NCBI GenBank assembly: GCA_036918135.1 | Contig: JBALDB010000032.1 | Location: 64,001-128,000, forward strand | Source of the DNA: Nostoc sp. | Lineage (GTDB): Bacteria > Cyanobacteriota > Cyanobacteriia > Cyanobacteriales > Nostocaceae | DNA length: 64,000 nt | Direction: 5' to 3' | Position numbers and translations under genes: made by a program | Shown: positions 63,701 through 64,000 of the stretch, one piece after another | How positions within the stretch are numbered: the stretch's first letter is position 1 | Layout: each line of letters starts with the position of its first letter | The notes under the pieces: generated by a model | Seen by the model: the letters and a program-made list of their open reading frames with translations, nothing else | The model's database searches: none | Told to the model about the DNA's origin: nothing

Positions 63701-64000
63701 TTGTACAGATTACCTATTCACAGCCTTTTTCATTTTTCTTCTCCATCCGCAGAAGATTTACCAAATATTGAGTCAAATTTCACCGTTACTTATTTGCCTA
63801 GCGCTCAAATAGGTTTATCAATAAAAAATCCAGCTATTTTCCCGTGGCAAAACCAATTATTGCTCAGTGTTGAATCTCCTGAAAGTACAGGTTATCCGGC
63901 GCTGAAGTTTGCTAAACTAGAATCTGAGATTGTCAGCGAGATGTTTGATAATATTGAGCGCATTCAAGGCTCACAAGCAACGAAAGATATTGTAAAAAGT
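60704..64000 (+). CDS. TPR-repeat protein with probable CHAT (caspase-like) domain, truncated by the window end
   Basis: Not in the ORF track because it has no stop in the window. Read manually: MLRRISQSL..., multiple TPRs (AIASYDQAIELQPEFSEYWFNRG), and LILIPHRDLYRLPIHSLF in the same frame at 63677. Confidence 0.85.
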   Translation, partial: MLRRISQSLKRFLKRLIKSKQTRSLKDTRGHNLVEVLPELTNADLEQLFIQLLEGVHQARGRQWALRYLQRIENRISAERWIAWLVMFGETLLASPTPNQQLATQMVQLGELGIGRIGDLAYEIGIRLMQNLPTQIETEIHYEDDRAQDVIETTPGQELIRELGEQLWEYEDPDVLETTPGQELIRELGEQLWEYEDPDVLETTTDDEILPTSPGQELIRNLGEQLWEYDEPDAQTITPAPEVSVEEIFSQDSEEVIFEYQEEDAESTIPTLPLPPAKDSITTLTQLRWDDEEEDTQTQTRANLLSTSQRTELATTDSDQTWNSSLANLEPNVANTLDELWVRLDQSSNLVQQLASNLAVQSSNSSSIIERYGNEPITEAQVWFYQGLGQAKTGDLLGAIASYDQAIELQPEFSEYWFNRGLTLFHLERFQEAIASYETAIELKPDFYKAWYNRGGTLGELGYFEEAIASFDKAIEIKPDYQEAWSSKGLALLKLGWLREAISSYDQALDLQPQDQENWYHRGIALAVGEQFEEAIASYDRALEIDPDYHEVWIDRGVVLFNLGRWSQAISSWDKALSVQADFYLAWYNRGVALDNLGRREEAIASYRQAIAIKPDFHLAWYNQAVALFYLEQFAEAIACYDNALQIKQDYWEAWIGRGTAVGNLVDPQPLLNLSSSITANNSDLQQIGYEGKLASFEEGLKHLRTDTHPEGWGRLHLAIANAYYDRGKKQPNPRDYWRKAASEYHQALLTLTLEYFPHLHLEVLQSLSKVLMGLGQTTQLQELLQRGRYLLQQLLSEETRSEESKKQLALKFVGFEQLAVDLAVDYGDVVEAWEIAEQGKNACLNWLLFGWNNDIYSPHYHTIQELFNPTTAIIYWHISPVALHTFILKYQAPSPILLFTPIQDVGAITLGEEAIRLNELPLPEAVRRLIEFENWLEDWHQQYQEYRTTAQDKESKIQHSWRVDMEQKLLQLYEILNISTIVQELEGINQLILIPHRDLYRLPIHSLFHFSSPSAEDLPNIESNFTVTYLPSAQIGLSIKNPAIFPWQNQLLLSVESPESTGYPALKFAKLESEIVSEMFDNIERIQGSQATKDIVKS
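61148..61403 (+). repeat. In-frame 75-bp tandem repeat (25 aa)
   Basis: Units start at 61148, 61223 and 61298 (partial), with another copy at ~61343; peptide DV(I/L)ETTPGQELIRELGEQLWEYEDP. Confidence 0.9.

Overview
64 kb of a heterocyst-forming (Nostocales-like) cyanobacterial chromosome, inferred from frequent HIP1 octamers (GCGATCGC), STRR heptamer repeats and an rnpB gene carrying STRRs. Most of it is housekeeping or signalling genes: surE, psb32, rnc, rnpB, corA, groEL with CIRCE, pyrD, clpB, gloA, several histidine kinases and ABC/RND transporters. Two loci stand out. (1) A Ro60/TROVE (rsr) gene at 29787-31388 (-) has 3-4 tandem tRNA-like ncRNA units upstream and one more downstream. Each intact unit has terminal acceptor-stem strands and a T arm, usually a D arm, and a tetraloop-capped bulged helix resembling the Ro-binding helix of Y RNAs in place of the anticodon arm. 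They read as circularly permuted YrlA-like Y RNAs. The same helix also covers the rsr ribosome-binding site, suggesting autoregulation. (2) A three-gene operon at 46200-53893 encodes a membrane vWA protein, an FtsZ/tubulin-like GTPase and a catalytically degenerate, membrane-anchored tubulin-like paralog. A long TPR-CHAT ORF missing from the ORF track runs off the right end and shares its N-terminal domain with the gene upstream. All calls come from motif recognition by eye; no database searches were run.
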